NCBI RefSeq assembly: GCF_008831285.2
Contig: NC_045138.2
Span: forward strand, 18,600,001 to 18,664,000
Reading direction: 5' to 3'
DNA length: 64,000 nucleotides
Source of the DNA: Nymphaea colorata
Taxonomy: Eukaryota
The stretch's first letter is position 1, and each line of letters begins with the position of its first letter. The notes beneath the pieces were generated by a model, which made no database searches, was not told where the DNA came from, and saw only the letters and a list, made by a program, of their open reading frames with translations. Below, one piece after another: positions 38,243 to 51,782 of this stretch. Both the position numbers and the translations under genes were made by a program.

Positions 38243-41200
38243 ACACCTGCCCTGAACCAATATCCATACAAGTCATTTTTTTCACCAGGCAGTGCACATA
38301 TCCCAATCAACAGCCTTGTCAAGAAGGAAAAAAGACAAACACAGATAACCTTTGATATTCATTTCCAGGACCTCAAAAATTCAAAGGAAAAATCAATCCT
38401 TCACAAAATAAAAATATGCACATGATTATCAACCATTCACAACAGTGGGATTCCAAAGAGACAAGGAAGATGCCATCCACTTAGCTTAACCAATTTACGT
38501 ATAATTTCTTTTGATCTACCTATAGAGGTACCATAATAACATGGGTCAGAAAACGGTGAAACCAAGTCCTAAGTTTCATATATATATATATATATATAAG
38601 GACTTGTATGGATATTGGTTCCAGGAAGGGAGTTGAGTATATATATATACATATATATATACTCAACTCCTTCTCTAAACCAATATCCATACAAGTCCTT
38701 TTTTTCAGCAGCGTAAACATCCCAATCGACAGCCTCAGAATGAAGACTAAAAAAATACAAACACAATTAACCTTTGATATTCATTTCCAAGACCTCAAAA
38801 TAAGAAGGAAAAATCAGTGGTTCACAAAATAAAAATACCAGTGTTAGAGACCTAAAACAGAAGATCATGCTTGTATCTAACCAATATCGGCAACTGATGG
38901 CTTCACTAAAAACTTGCCCAGAGTTCCACTTACCTTCTTTCTTTCCAAAGGTATTCATGCATCCTTCACATCTGCAGCCATTGGAACATCCAACGCCACC
39001 CTTTAAAGCAAAACACAACTTGTTCAAGGCAAAGGAATATAGAATAACTAGTACATGAATCAGGATGAGAGAATAACCTGGAAACATTCACAATATTTCT
39101 TAAGGCATTTTGACTTCTTGCAATTGCACCCTGTCTTATGCCGAGCTGAAATGGAAAGCTTGTTCTCTTCTTCCTACATAGTTGCATTTCAGGCTTATTT
39201 ATGAGGAACCATATAGCCATTTTGCGCACATAGCTTCATTCAACTTTATATTTCCTCATACCTTGTTTTCCACCACAGGTTCAGCAGGCTTCACAACTTT
39301 GGGGACAAAGGCAAGTGGATTACGAGATTCTATCCGTTCACGGGTTTCGAGCACAGTATCTTCATGTTCAGGCTTGTTGAGACACCCTTGACATGAACAC
39401 TGTTGGATACAATAGACTCCAGCAGCAAAGCATTCACAATAACTAAGCAAATAAAATAAATATATTAGTTTAATATCATTTCAAAATTCAAACAAAAGAT
39501 AGACACAAAGAAAGATATCAAACACAAACCAAAGCTTGTAACAGTGTCCATGTTAAGAAACTATTATCCTTTAGAAATCTTTTTCTTTTTAGGGCATGAA
39601 AGCATGGGCCAACAATTAAGAAACAGCAAGCTTGAAGCTGCTAAAGTACTGTAGGAAACACAATCTTATTAATCACATAATACCACAAAGTCGTAGCACA
39701 ACTCATAATACACAGTTGAAAATTCCAGCCTTATCTTCATCCATTGACCACTCATATGAAAGCTAATGTAGTGTATCGAATGTCTCTTTTAAGTTATGAG
39801 TACAGGAACAGTTCACAAATACAGTACCATTTAAGTAGTTACTAAAATATCTTTCTCAGAAAGGTATTTCTAAGGTTTTTTTTCCAAACTATTTTCTCAT
39901 AAAAACCTCATAAAGTTCAAATAATCAAAAGAAAAAACATTGAATAAAACAGACTGAAATTTAAAGGTTCGCATTGCTATTGCACAAATAGATTTCATAT
40001 GCATTATAATAGGAGAACCACTTAACTAGCAATTTTTACAAACTAAAAATCATTCACAGGCTACATAATGTGTGAAGAACAAAGTCACCAAAAATCCCTT
40101 TTTTTCCATGGAACACAAAATAAAGAATGACAAGAGAACCCAACCTATTAAATAAGGAAGCTTCATTTAACTTTAAAAGACAAGTTGCAGAACAATGTGA
40201 AACCTTTCATATAGAGATGGGATTTTCAGAATCCAAAAGCAACATTTAGAGCATATTCAAGTTGATAAAGAAAGTGAATGAAAAATGAAACTAACAGTTT
40301 CAAACATTTTGATCTCTTGCAATGGCACTTTTTGCAGCCTTCTTTTTCTCCAGAATGAGATGCCTTCCGTCTGCACAAAGGTGTATATAAGCTAATGAAT
40401 ATATATTAATATACATATATAAATGGAAATGCACACATGGTGTGCCTGCACATGTATACCTCTGTGTGGCATCCTTTAACAAAGGTAAAAGGTGCATACC
40501 TCTTTTTCTTTGGGCTTTGCTGGATTATTTCTTCACCAAATTCAAAAGCAGGCACAACAGCGACAGGAGAAATTTTTTCTTTGGAAATATCAAGGTCGCA
40601 ATCAGTAAGCTTCATATCCACAGAGCTTTCTGTAGGTTCTTGCGCAACAAATTCAGGATTTACAGCAAGAGAAGCTGTTGTATTCATCACTTGACTTCCA
40701 GAAATCATAGCCTCCTGCTTGATAACTCTGCCAACTATAGAGGGATTTGCAAGACTGTTCAAATGCAAACCAATGCCAGAAGGCATCCTCCTTGAATAGG
40801 TAGCATCAGAAGGAATCAACTGCTTGTCATCTGGGAAGATGTTTCTATCAGAATGGGATGGCTTTGAATCAACGAGCTCAGCATTGCCTTCCATATTCTT
40901 TTTATGTCCAACTGCCTCAAAAACAAGGCAACGCCTCTTGACACCACGGACTTGTTGCTGTTCAACCTATACCCAAAAAAAAAGAATCAATCTCCTCCCA
41001 AGAGAAGTGAACAAAACATCCACCTAACTTAATTTAGTCATTTGAGACACCAACTGAGGCATGATAGAAATAAAATAAAATGGACACCACCTTTTGATTC
41101 CTTATATAAAGTTAACCCTGCCTTTCATTAGGATGGTTCAAAAGGATCTTATCATGCAGGGAACGCCATTTCAAAAACTGTAGTCATGCGGCCTACCAGT

Positions 41201-41354
41201 GTTAACAGTTGCCTGTATAAACACGGTTTGATATCGCTTACATCCACAGCCATAGTCACAATTCATGTTATCAGGATTCTTAAGGATTTTCGAAAGAAGT
41301 GAACATCACAAAATATAAGCAAGCTTCATAACTAAAATAGGTAAAATGATCAAA

Positions 41355-41409
<55 letters not shown>

Positions 41410-44400
41410 TTTTTTCTTTCCAAGGCACATGCCCAGCATATTGATTCTATCGAACTTCCGACCTCATTCAATTGAGAAGCATAGAGTCCAGCTCCAACGC
41501 CACATCGATGGAGCCTTGGTCTTCGAAAGAAAACAATATTTTAAAAATTTGACACTCTTTCAAAATTGTATTGCTGTTCCGACATCATGTCCTCCTATGA
41601 CCTATCATCTCCTAATTAATACCGTTCACAAAAAGCTACATAGTTAGTGGCATTCCACCTTGCCATAGTATATATCATAGCCATAAATAGTATTCTCAGG
41701 CTTTTAATGGTGGGGGTTTTCTTGGGTATCTTTTGACAAAGTCGTTCTTCCCGGGTCTTAGATACTTTTAAAAAACAATTTTAAAAACTATAAGTAAAGT
41801 AAAAATAAGAATCATGAAATTAAAAACCTAAAAAAGAAAGAAAAATCCATCTAGGCAATGTTGTAAAAATTGTATCGCGAGCTGTATCGGTCTGGCCAAT
41901 AGATACACTGTATCGTAAAGACGTAAAGTATCGTAATGTTGTATCGTATGTGTATCATAAATGTATTTTTTAATTAAAAAATAAAAAAATAGAGATAAAT
42001 CAGATAAATCAAGAAAAATAAAAATTATGTTTTTTTAATGAAAAAACATGTTGAACATAATGGCAGGCTTATTATAGGTTTTTGAAGTTACTTCACAAAC
42101 ATTAATAAGTGGTCAAAAACATGTTGAACATAATGGCAGGCTTATTATAGGTTTTTGAAGTTACTTCACAAACATTAATAAGTGGTCATAATATAATATA
42201 GTAACACTGCATGATCTAAGACATCAAGAAATATAATTTATAAGATGATCTACATAATAACTCATAAATAAGTCATAAGACCCATGACATATCAAAAACC
42301 AAATTTGCATACACTATACATAGCATCACAAGACAAAATTGTTCAATGTTAATGCAAATAAAATTGAAAAACAGCTTCATTCATAATCTTTATCATCTCA
42401 TTCTCATTTTTATCTTTCATAGAAGATATAAACCCTCTTTAACTAAACAATAATCAACCATTCATGCATAAACCTGACCTCAAATTGATGACTTCATGGT
42501 GAAACTGATTATTCCTTTTGAAAATTGCTACAATCTCTCCCTCCTTCGACTATTAGATATGTTCAGGAATGAAGAGGGAGGCAAGTTTTAAAAATTAGTT
42601 TGAAAAATGGTGGTTTTAACCCCATATTTTTCATAATAGACATGTATCATGCGATACAAGCTGTGTATCGCACAATACATGCGATACACATATGATACAC
42701 CACCTGTTTGCGCATCTCACTGAGTGGCCAACATAATCTGTGTTAGGCTGTTAGCAGATATAGACTGATTTTAACAAGACTTGCTCCAGAAAACAGCAAT
42801 TACATTGAGCCAGCTAAACCAACACCTTAGAATTGTGAACGTGGCCAATTTTAATGATTCTTATAATTCTAATGTTTCAATTCATATTTGAATGTTCATT
42901 CTTTGTCTCTGCAATGTTATAGTTGGTGGTCACAAGAGAGTAAAGTTACATTCAACGTTTTTCACTTTTCTTCCTTGGAAATTATAGTAAATATATGTTT
43001 GACAAAGTAGACATGCTCAATTAAATCAATGTCAACTTCAATGGTTCTATTTTATCATAAATTTTCCCAAAGAAACCATAACCTGAGACTATTGATATAG
43101 GTAGCAAAAGAAGAACATATTGGACCATGAGGGTGGTGTAAGATAGTTAAATTTCAAAATATCATGTACCTTACAACCAAGTGGATTCCAATGCCCATCA
43201 GGATATATAGATCTATCATCTGTTTTCTCAATTCTGTCACCATTAGATATGACACTCTGCAAGACTGTAGAAGACATTTGAGGGGTGAGATCCATGGCAT
43301 CCAGTTCATCAGGTTCGTTGAAACCATTTATAGAATCTTTCCCGTTGACATTATGTGAAGACTGCAGAGAACCACAAATTTTTATCTTGTTCCAGCCAGT
43401 AGTGACAGTTTGAGAGTGTTTGGGTGCAAAAGAAGAACCATAGCTGCGATTTAGATTTGAAGGTACATGTGCCTGTCCAGAATGTACCTCTGCTTCTGCA
43501 GATGGACTGAAAAGAAAAAACTCATCAATGTCATTCACAACGTCTCCCCAATTACATCCTGGCCCTTCACCATTCTCTTGATTGAGAAGGCCTACACTAT
43601 CCTTAACATTGGCCGTGTGTATTTGTATTTCAGATGCATTCTGTACTGATTGAGATTCATAAGCATTTGAAATATTTACAAACTGCAAAAATGACGATGA
43701 AATGCCAGGAGTTTTAATCTCAGTGGATGGCATTATACTAGCCATGTCATTTCCAGATGCCATCTTAACATTATTTGGAGGTGCCATAATATCCTTCGAG
43801 ACGTTATCAATATAGTGCAAGATTTGATATGCTTCAACGATTAGATTTGACTCCCTGATGGATGGGATAATGGTTTCATCTGTACTGCAATCATCATATA
43901 TGGGCCCACCATCTGAAGAGCATAACACCAAGCTCTGATTACAATTTTCTTGTGAAGCTGCAGAATGCACACCATCAGACTCCAATTTAACTGCAGCTTT
44001 GATAGAACAAGAAGGATGTTCAAGAACATCAGCCCCTTTTGATGCTTTGCATTCTTCAGTATTCGGAGAGAACTTTGCATCAGATGAAGCAGAAAGCCGA
44101 TCCCTGAAGAACAATACGAATTATAGCACATTACTTTTTTCCTAGAAAAGAAAAAAGGAACAACTAATCATTTTTAAAGGGAAGAAAGGTCCACCTCCTT
44201 AGATTGCTAGACTGGCCTGTACTGATCCTTGGAAATGCAAACGCATATGGTGGAGAAGCACAATTAAGCTCTTGGAATGTATGTGAAACATGAATCGACT
44301 TCACTGGCTTAATAGGAGACAGACTGGAAATATAATTGAATACAGGAGATCCCTGCACATAATAAAAAAATTTCCTTAATACAAATAAGAGAAATAATGG

Positions 44401-46401
44401 TGAAAATTTGTGTGGCACTTGTGCAAAAGGAAGACGAAATCAAATACATGTCTAAAAGAAAAATATCCCATTGACTAATACACATAGTAGATGAAAATAA
44501 AAACACCATCAACACTAGAATTTCTTAGCGCTTCTACATGTGATACACATTCCAGTGGAAATAATTTTCAAACATGCATCAAGTGAGAAAAGGAAGTGGT
44601 TTGCCAATAGCAGCTCAAAATAGGATCTGTGCTAAGAGAATATCGTTGTATGACGGATCTAGGAGGACAACATAAAGAAAGTTCACAGATTCAGAAGAAT
44701 AATTTCATCGAAGACTAGTAGGAAAGACTGCTCCTCTGGAACCTGGAATAAGCTGAGAAAATGACCAGGAAACTCAAGATGTGAAGAACGAACAACATAC
44801 CATGTATTTTCCGTGATAATGACACAGAAATCAAAAGGTAAAGGTTACCAACAAAGATAAGATAATAAGTGGTAGTTTCAGATAAAAAAACGTAACCTAA
44901 AATGAAGGGGCAAAAAGGAGCCAACGGAAGGATGAAACCGAAAACAAAGATGTACACGCTTACCGCTAGTTATTTGTACATTCTAACCTATCCAAACTAA
45001 CCGGTAACTAAACACAGAAAAATCCACTTAAAAAGCAAACATTCGGCTAAAGCGCATCAGACAACATTAACAAAAAAATTAACTTCCAAAAGCAGCCAAA
45101 AACATTTATTATATGAAAAGGAACCAACAAAGTCCAATTAGAAACTGCAAAAATTACTGGGTATACTTCCGGATTATAAATCAGAGCCTACGTTCATTAG
45201 TATCACAGGTCAAGATGATCGCATGTCAGCTGAATCCTCTACAACTGGATAAGCTTAGAACTAGAAGCTAGACCAAGAAATACCCGCAAAAACATAGGGG
45301 ACCGCAGAATTGCAATATCGGTATAAAAAGTAACAGCGCTCAAAACAATTAAAAAAAAAATTCAGATCTTCAAAACGCAAGCAGGTAGGAGCAAGGAAAT
45401 ACAAGATTAGGCTACTGATGTAAAAAGGACAGGAGACCACTCTCTGAAATTGACAATGAAAAAAATTTTGAAGTTCCTGAACTGTTGGGTAAAAGAACAA
45501 AGGCGAAGAGAGCCTCGATATAGCGGGAAACCCAAAGAGGGAAAAAAAAGAAAAGCAAAGGCACCTTAAATTGTAAAAAATCCGAACAGACCTCTAGACA
45601 TCTACATGCAAACGGAGAACTGCAATGCATTCACTTCAACTAGAAAGTGAACCTAAAGTCCCAGCGATAGTGACACTCAAGTTGCAGCCGAGTGTGAGCA
45701 AAGACGTTCACATACAAGCAAACGAGAGAGAGAGAGAGAGAATGGACGAACGAAAACCAACACAAAAATAGTGCTCTTCGAGACACTGCACCGAAGAAAT
45801 AAAACCAGAGACGTCCAACAATGAGGATACAGGCCATAATTACGTCCTGACGGTAGAATGTGAGGTCTCCATGAAAATGAAAGAGCAACAAAAACTCCTC
45901 CTTCTCTTGTCAAAACTTGTAGGAGCAGAATGGAAATTTGAAAAGCATCAAACAGGAGCAAAAACCGCAGATTAAACCTCATAATTGTCCACTCCTCCCT
46001 CTACAAGAGTAGGAAAAGGGTTGCCGCAGAGGAACGACGTAAGAAAACGAAAGAAAGATTAAGACATAAAAAAAAAGCAGAAGACCGTAAAAGGAAAGGA
46101 AATCAAAGTCTCTAAAACCTCAAAGGAACTAGAAAAGCCAGCGACAAAGATCCCGAGAAAAGCAAAATACAGAAATTGCTCCATGTCGAACTAGCTCCCA
46201 CTCCGAACACCAAAATTTACCCCGAACTGTAACTGACCGGCAGATCGAGACTTCCTCCATCCAATACAGACACAGGAGAAGGCAGATCCGACCGGGAAAA
46301 GCCGCGAAAGGAAAGAGAAGCAAACCGCGAAGTACTACCTCAGCCGCGGCAGAAGCATCGACACAGTCCTCGATCATCTGCTTCTTCTCCGGCGTGCCCA
46401 T
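37097..46401 (-). CDS. Tesmin/TSO1-like CXC (CPP family) transcription factor, ~849 aa, 10 exons
   Basis: Exons 46401-46339, 44352-44195, 44103-43170, 40966-40500, 40370-40296, 39442-39262, 39173-39078, 39000-38934, 37690-37540 and 37454-37097 splice in phase. Motifs: [52 protein letters not shown]1 ([26 protein letters not shown]), hinge [15 protein letters not shown]2 ([41 protein letters not shown]), and C-terminal [15 protein letters not shown]. Confidence 0.93.
38070..38837. repeat. Diverged ~350/417-bp tandem duplication in CXC intron 8
   Basis: Copies start CATGATTATCAAC..ACAAGGAAGATGCCATCCA.TTAGCTTAACCAATTTA at 38070 and 38421; both end ..GGAAAAATCA..TTCACAAAATAAAAATA. Confidence 0.88.
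38598..38700. repeat. Near-perfect inverted repeat (hairpin)
   Basis: Left arm AAGGACTTGTATGGATATTGGTTCCAGGAAGGGAGTTGAGTATATATAT; right-arm reverse complement AAGGACTTGTATGGATATTGGTTTAGAGAAGGAGTTGAGTATATATAT. Confidence 0.92.
41856..42783. mobile_element. Non-autonomous hAT-like element in CXC intron 3, with an internal 73-bp tandem duplication
   Basis: Left end CAATGTTGTAAAAA (same TIR type as 36308); TGTATCG/CGATACA subterminal repeats near both ends; right end degenerate, no TSD match; 73-bp unit repeated at ~42042-42187. Confidence 0.65.
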
Positions 46402-49400
46402 TCTCCGACCGCCGGGGCGATGCCCGGCATCCCTCCCTCGGGGAGAGGCTGCAATGGAGACAGAAGGCAGAGATAATGGCGGGACGACGAAAACGCTCCT
46501 CCTCAATTCAAGACGAGAGAGAGAGAAGAGGTCAGGAGAATGGGCGGGAAGATGCAATAAAAATCCCTCCTTTTGGACTACCCAGGCCGACCCCTCCACC
46601 CGTCCCCACCGCCTCCTCCTCCTCCTTCTTCTCTTCTGCCCCACCAGCGACCCCACTGTACAGACTTAAAAAACAACAACAACAACAAAAAGAAAGGAGA
46701 CACAGGGCCTTCCTTTTTCCCAATTATTTAACAGTGAGCAAATGTTAATAAAAGAGCCATCCAGCTTTACAATTATTACTTCCCACGCCTCCTAGTTCAT
46801 GTATTTCAAAAACGCCGCATGACCTCCGATGTATTTTACAATTTAATTTCAATACAGTCATCCGATTGCTTTAATAGAATCTTGCAGCCCTTAGTTTTTA
46901 TGTGGCTTACTGAGACTTGCGTTGAAAAATATTGTGTATTGATTCCAAACTTTCATGTTGTCCAATGTTTCTGAAGCAATAGAGAAAGCCAAATTGTTGT
47001 TGCATTCATATGGCACCTTTATTAGGTTCGTTTGGCATCAAGAACTATGTTACACAAAAATATGCTTTAATTTTGAGATAGGTTTATGAGATACTAGTTT
47101 TAGTGCTTTATGAACTTGTCTCAAACCCAAGGAGCTGAGTTTATTGCTACTTTTTATGGTTTGAAATTAGCTTAAAAACGTGGTTTTCGTAAAGTTATTG
47201 TTGAATAAAATTTCTTGATAGCTGTGAATAAGGTTCTAAAAGAAGTGTGACCTTTTGTCTTTTGTTTCATAATATATGAAGCATTGTCAAGAATTGCTGA
47301 GATGAGATTGGGTGTGTGTCTTATATCATATGTACAGAAAAATTAATATATGTGTGGATTTTCTTGTCTCATAGATAAGTGACTATTTTTACCAGTCCAC
47401 TTGATCATTTGCATCGGTTGATTGGTGAAAATCTGATTAGTGTAGTTCAACCTCATGTTATAGTTATCTAAACCACACTCAGTATGAGACAAAAAAACTG
47501 AGGGTTCTTATGAAGGTAGTGAATATAACTTTTCCAAGTGCAAGAGTGCAACAGGTTTATCGAAATCATCAAGAATTTATCCTCTTAAAGGAAAAAAGTT
47601 TCTTTTTTTTATTATTTGTGAGCTATCGTTAACGTGCGATGGACGGCATGATAGCAGGCATGCAGGGGCGCAACGGCTGGTCGGACTCCTGATTATCGCG
47701 CGCGCGCTTTCTCTCCGTTTCTGTGGCTTCTTATCTTTTCGTTACCATTCCCTTTCTTTTTCGCAGTTATTGCTATTTCTCTCAACGCCTCTCTCGATCA
47801 GATCCCGGATATCTCTAATATTTAAAAAAACAGAATAATAACAATAATAATTTACCAGAAACGTCCTCGCTGATTTCTTCTCCGGTGGAAAATGGCGTGA
47901 TTGTCGTTTTCCGGTGCACGACGAGGCGTTAATCGGTAAGTGGCTTGGGCACGCAAACGAAGATGAGGCAACTGAAGTTGGGCTTCGAGATCGCAACGAT
48001 CCCAGATCGACGGTTCAGAAGTTATCTTTGTTAAGAGTATGTGAGGGTCCAACCTACGGGATACGTCGCGGTTAGTTGACATGTCGTAGTTAGAAGGAAA
48101 AGCAAGTCACCAAACACGTGGTGGTTGTTTGACTTGCTCTTCAATGGGCACGAGCGATTTAACGGTCGTTTAAGCACTTTTTTTTTGAATTTATCGTAGT
48201 AATGAATCACTTTTTTTTGTGGTTTTTTACTTTTTTTATTTTGTTTGGCCGATAAAATGCCTAATGTATATGTATATATAGCGTGGTATTCTGTGAAGCC
48301 ACCTCAAAAACAAGAGCAACTTTTTAGGCCACAATATACAAAATGAATTTTATAAAGTTTGATTTCTAAGAAAACAAACCGTTATTGTGGAGTCTTTTTG
48401 AAGTTACGAACTCATGCGAGGACAAAAAACCAACTTAGGATACCCACATTTTGTTCGAGAAGAAGGGTACAGTTCTTGTATTCGCTTTCCGATTCCCAAA
48501 CAAGTTCAGCTGTTCCATATCCCGATTTTCGTGTTTCACCCAGTAGCCCTCAAGAAATAAGTTTGAACTTGAGCTTGATCCATTTCACTGGGATTGGGTC
48601 CATTCCATAGTAACACAACTAGAACCCAGATATTTAAAGAAGAAATTTTCGAAATTCAACCGGTTATTGAAACTCTTTGGGTTGGTTTATAATCAACAAT
48701 GCTCCTAAATATGGTGGTTGCCAAAAAATTAATTAAGTGATTTTTTAAATATTTTAATTTTGTTGTTTTCCCAATTGCATTGGGCACTAAAAAGGTGAAA
48801 GTTTCTTCATTGCTTCAACCTTATAACTAGGTCATATCCAAAATGGAATTGAATTTCAAACATCCTTTTTAACGTGAAAAAAACTTAAAGCCAATTCACC
48901 TTGCGTGAGTTTGAAGGGCAATCTATGTGAGGATGTTATATTGCCTGGTCTGATATGATGTGGCAGAACCCGGATCCGTCCTGGAGATGCGAATAATAAG
49001 TGTGATCATAATGGGAGGGGTGACAGACAGAGGGATGCGGACCATTTAAATCCACCGATCCGGATGTAAATGCCACTCACGTTTTGTGCATGAAGCCAAG
49101 TTGCCTGCTCTTCCGCATGATTGCGGAATCCAAGATGGCTTCCTGCACATCGCTGTACATTTGCCCAGTCAGTAAACCGAAGCTTCACGCATAGAAATCC
49201 TAAACAATAAATTTGTAAATTTAAAATATATATAAATATAACTAAATATCCAACATGTTCAGTCGTTCAGCATTCAAGTTGAAGGGTGTTTCATTTTACT
49301 ACTGATACGAACGCTGGGTCAAAACTCCCGAGAGAGGAGAAATGGAGGGACCTTCGGGCTTCGCTTTGAGCAGTGGGATTGACCCTCTCACTCACTCGAA

Positions 49401-49466
49401 ATGTAACGCACCGGATGGTATGACGTGAGAAGCTAAAATGAATAAATAAATCCACAAATCACACAA

Positions 49467-49532
<66 letters not shown>

Positions 49533-50035
49533 GAAATATTAGTTCCAAGATATTGTCCTTGTTTAAGGGATCACTATCCAGTACTTTCTCTTAACCTGAA
49601 TCTGGTATTTCTTAGAAGAAAACTAACTAGGGAAGGTTAAAAATAATATAAATTTATGAGAGTTAAGATTGTTAAGGTAGTTATATTAGAAGGACTAGTG
49701 GAATTATGAATTTTTATAGAAATTATTTTGTGCCCATGGAAGGTCGAGGGCCTACCCTCTAAGAGGTGTAAAATTGAGCTCTTAACCTTCTTAAGACTCT
49801 TATCAAATGAGACCATTCCAATTGTGTTTGTATTGTCTCTTTTGAATTTGAAAGATGGGTCCGGAGGGGCACAAGTCAGACGGGCAGGCAATTATGCAGC
49901 ATGTTTCCAGTTCAACTTGGGGGGACTATGCATGTGTACCAAAAGAGGATGGGTCCTTACGTGCAAGTTGAAGCGCATAGAAATTTCTTCTCATGGTGTC
50001 GATGTAATTATAAACCTTGGTGCCAAATAGAAGGG

Positions 50036-50217
50036 GAGGGGCAGAGCCAAGGAATGGGGCGTTGGCCCCACCTTAATTTTTTTAATAAAAAATTTACATG
50101 TAATTTTTTTAAAAAATTCCTTATGATATTTAAAAATTTTGAAAAATGATATTTCATGTCAAAATTTGAAAACTTTAATTCGGCCTTCCTCATACAAAAT
50201 TTCTGGCTCCACCCATG
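50036..50217. mobile_element. hAT-type MITE (AGGGGC.GAGCCA family)
   Basis: Ends GAGGGGCAGAGCCA.. and ..TGGCTCCACCCATG; flanks TAGAAGGG/GAGAACGC (decayed TSD). Related right ends lie near 12610, 34670 and 50828. Confidence 0.7.
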
Positions 50218-51605
50218 GAGAACGCTTTGGGGCTTTTGCTTGGGTTGCAAGATTAATCCTCCTATTCACCCGAATTTGAAAAATGGAATGATGAATATTT
50301 TTTTTTTTCATTTATTTGGTTTATGGCCCCATTCCATGTGCAACCAAGAACCCTAACTTGGTTTCTTCTTTGCGCCATCACCTTCAAAACCGCGCCACTC
50401 CTTCCTTCTTATCAAGTCGCCATTTGACAACTTGCATTCATTACAACTTTCTTCGAAAATTACAATTCTTGGAGTATTCCCAATTTGCTAGCTTGCTGAT
50501 TTTTTACGATATCTTTGGTATTATCGATGGATAGAGACCATGTTCTGGCGTATATACAACAATGCGATGTAGAAATATCAACTTGTCTTCTTTTGGAACA
50601 AGAAGTTATTTGGTTTCCGGCCAACTTTCACGTGAAATCAATATGTATTTGTTGGATTTACATGCCAAAGTAATTATTGTTATTCCAAGTTAAATATTGG
50701 TATTCATGAGATGTTTGAAATTTTTTAATTTGACCTAAGTAGAAATTACGAAAAATATTGTTCGGCCCTATATAAATTTTGAAAATATTGTTTGGCCTCC
50801 TCAAAGAAAAGTTTCTTGCTTCGCCCTTGTCAACAAAATCATAATAGTTTGTACGTCGAAGCGCAACACTTTTCAGCTTGGAGAGAAATGATCCATGATG
50901 AGCTCTTCTAATAAAAAGAAGAAGGGAAGTGTTGATTTAGTTCCAAATCCAAATAGGATTTGTCTCTGTTTGTTTTTGCTCATTGAGGCTTAGATTTCAA
51001 TAATTTTATGGGATTTGGATCTCGTTCTAATAACTACATTAGATTAGGGTTTTCCTTGGTGCTACTTGTATGCTTGTTTTGGATATTCCGGTGGCATTTT
51101 GGATTCAAGACAAATGAAAACATTGGATCATTTCCTCTTAATCGTAATTTTATGTTGGTGATTTCACTAACTTCTTTCTTAGTCTGCATGATTTTGAAGT
51201 TCTGATGCACGGAGTCAAACTCCCCTTCTTTTATTAGAAAGAATAAAAGAATTGTAAATGGAGCATCAGTAAAAAGTTTTCGTTCCAATTTTTATCCAAT
51301 TCATCGAAAGGGCCATTTGGCAGGAAGTGCATAGTCATGTTCTATGATTAATCTACCACAGTCGATGAGGCAAAATATATGAAATAGTAACATATTGTTA
51401 TTGTTGTCAAACACTCCCGAAGAAACAATATCAGTTTGAAGTGAAAAAGGCTACATGTCAAGACAATTAATAATATATGAACATATAAACCCAACATTAA
51501 TGTTTTCAAGCTCTTCATTGCATGATCTTGGAGGTGTCATAAATTTACTTTCTTTTTGTTGCACATGTTCAGGTAATTGAGATTTTTAAGAAGTGCTTAA
51601 CTTTA

Positions 51606-51782
51606 GGTTGCGTTTGATAGCCTCATATCTTAGACCTGAGGCTGCAATAAAAAATGTGTTTTGGGAGATCAGAAATCCATGCTACATGTTAAAAACCATA
51701 GATTTAAGATCGGATTCGCGATCTTAAATCGATGGATTTGAGATTTTAGGGATCTGAGATCAGTGGTGAATCAAACACAACC
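51606..51782. mobile_element. Tourist/PIF-like MITE
   Basis: Left end GGTTGCGTTTGAT versus right-end reverse complement GGTTGTGTTTGAT; flanks TTA/TTT. Confidence 0.7.

Noticed and set aside
38608..38690. Resemblance of the intronic hairpin to miR171 (AACCAATATC)
   Set aside because: Only about 10 nt match; the TGAGCCG part of miR171 is absent.
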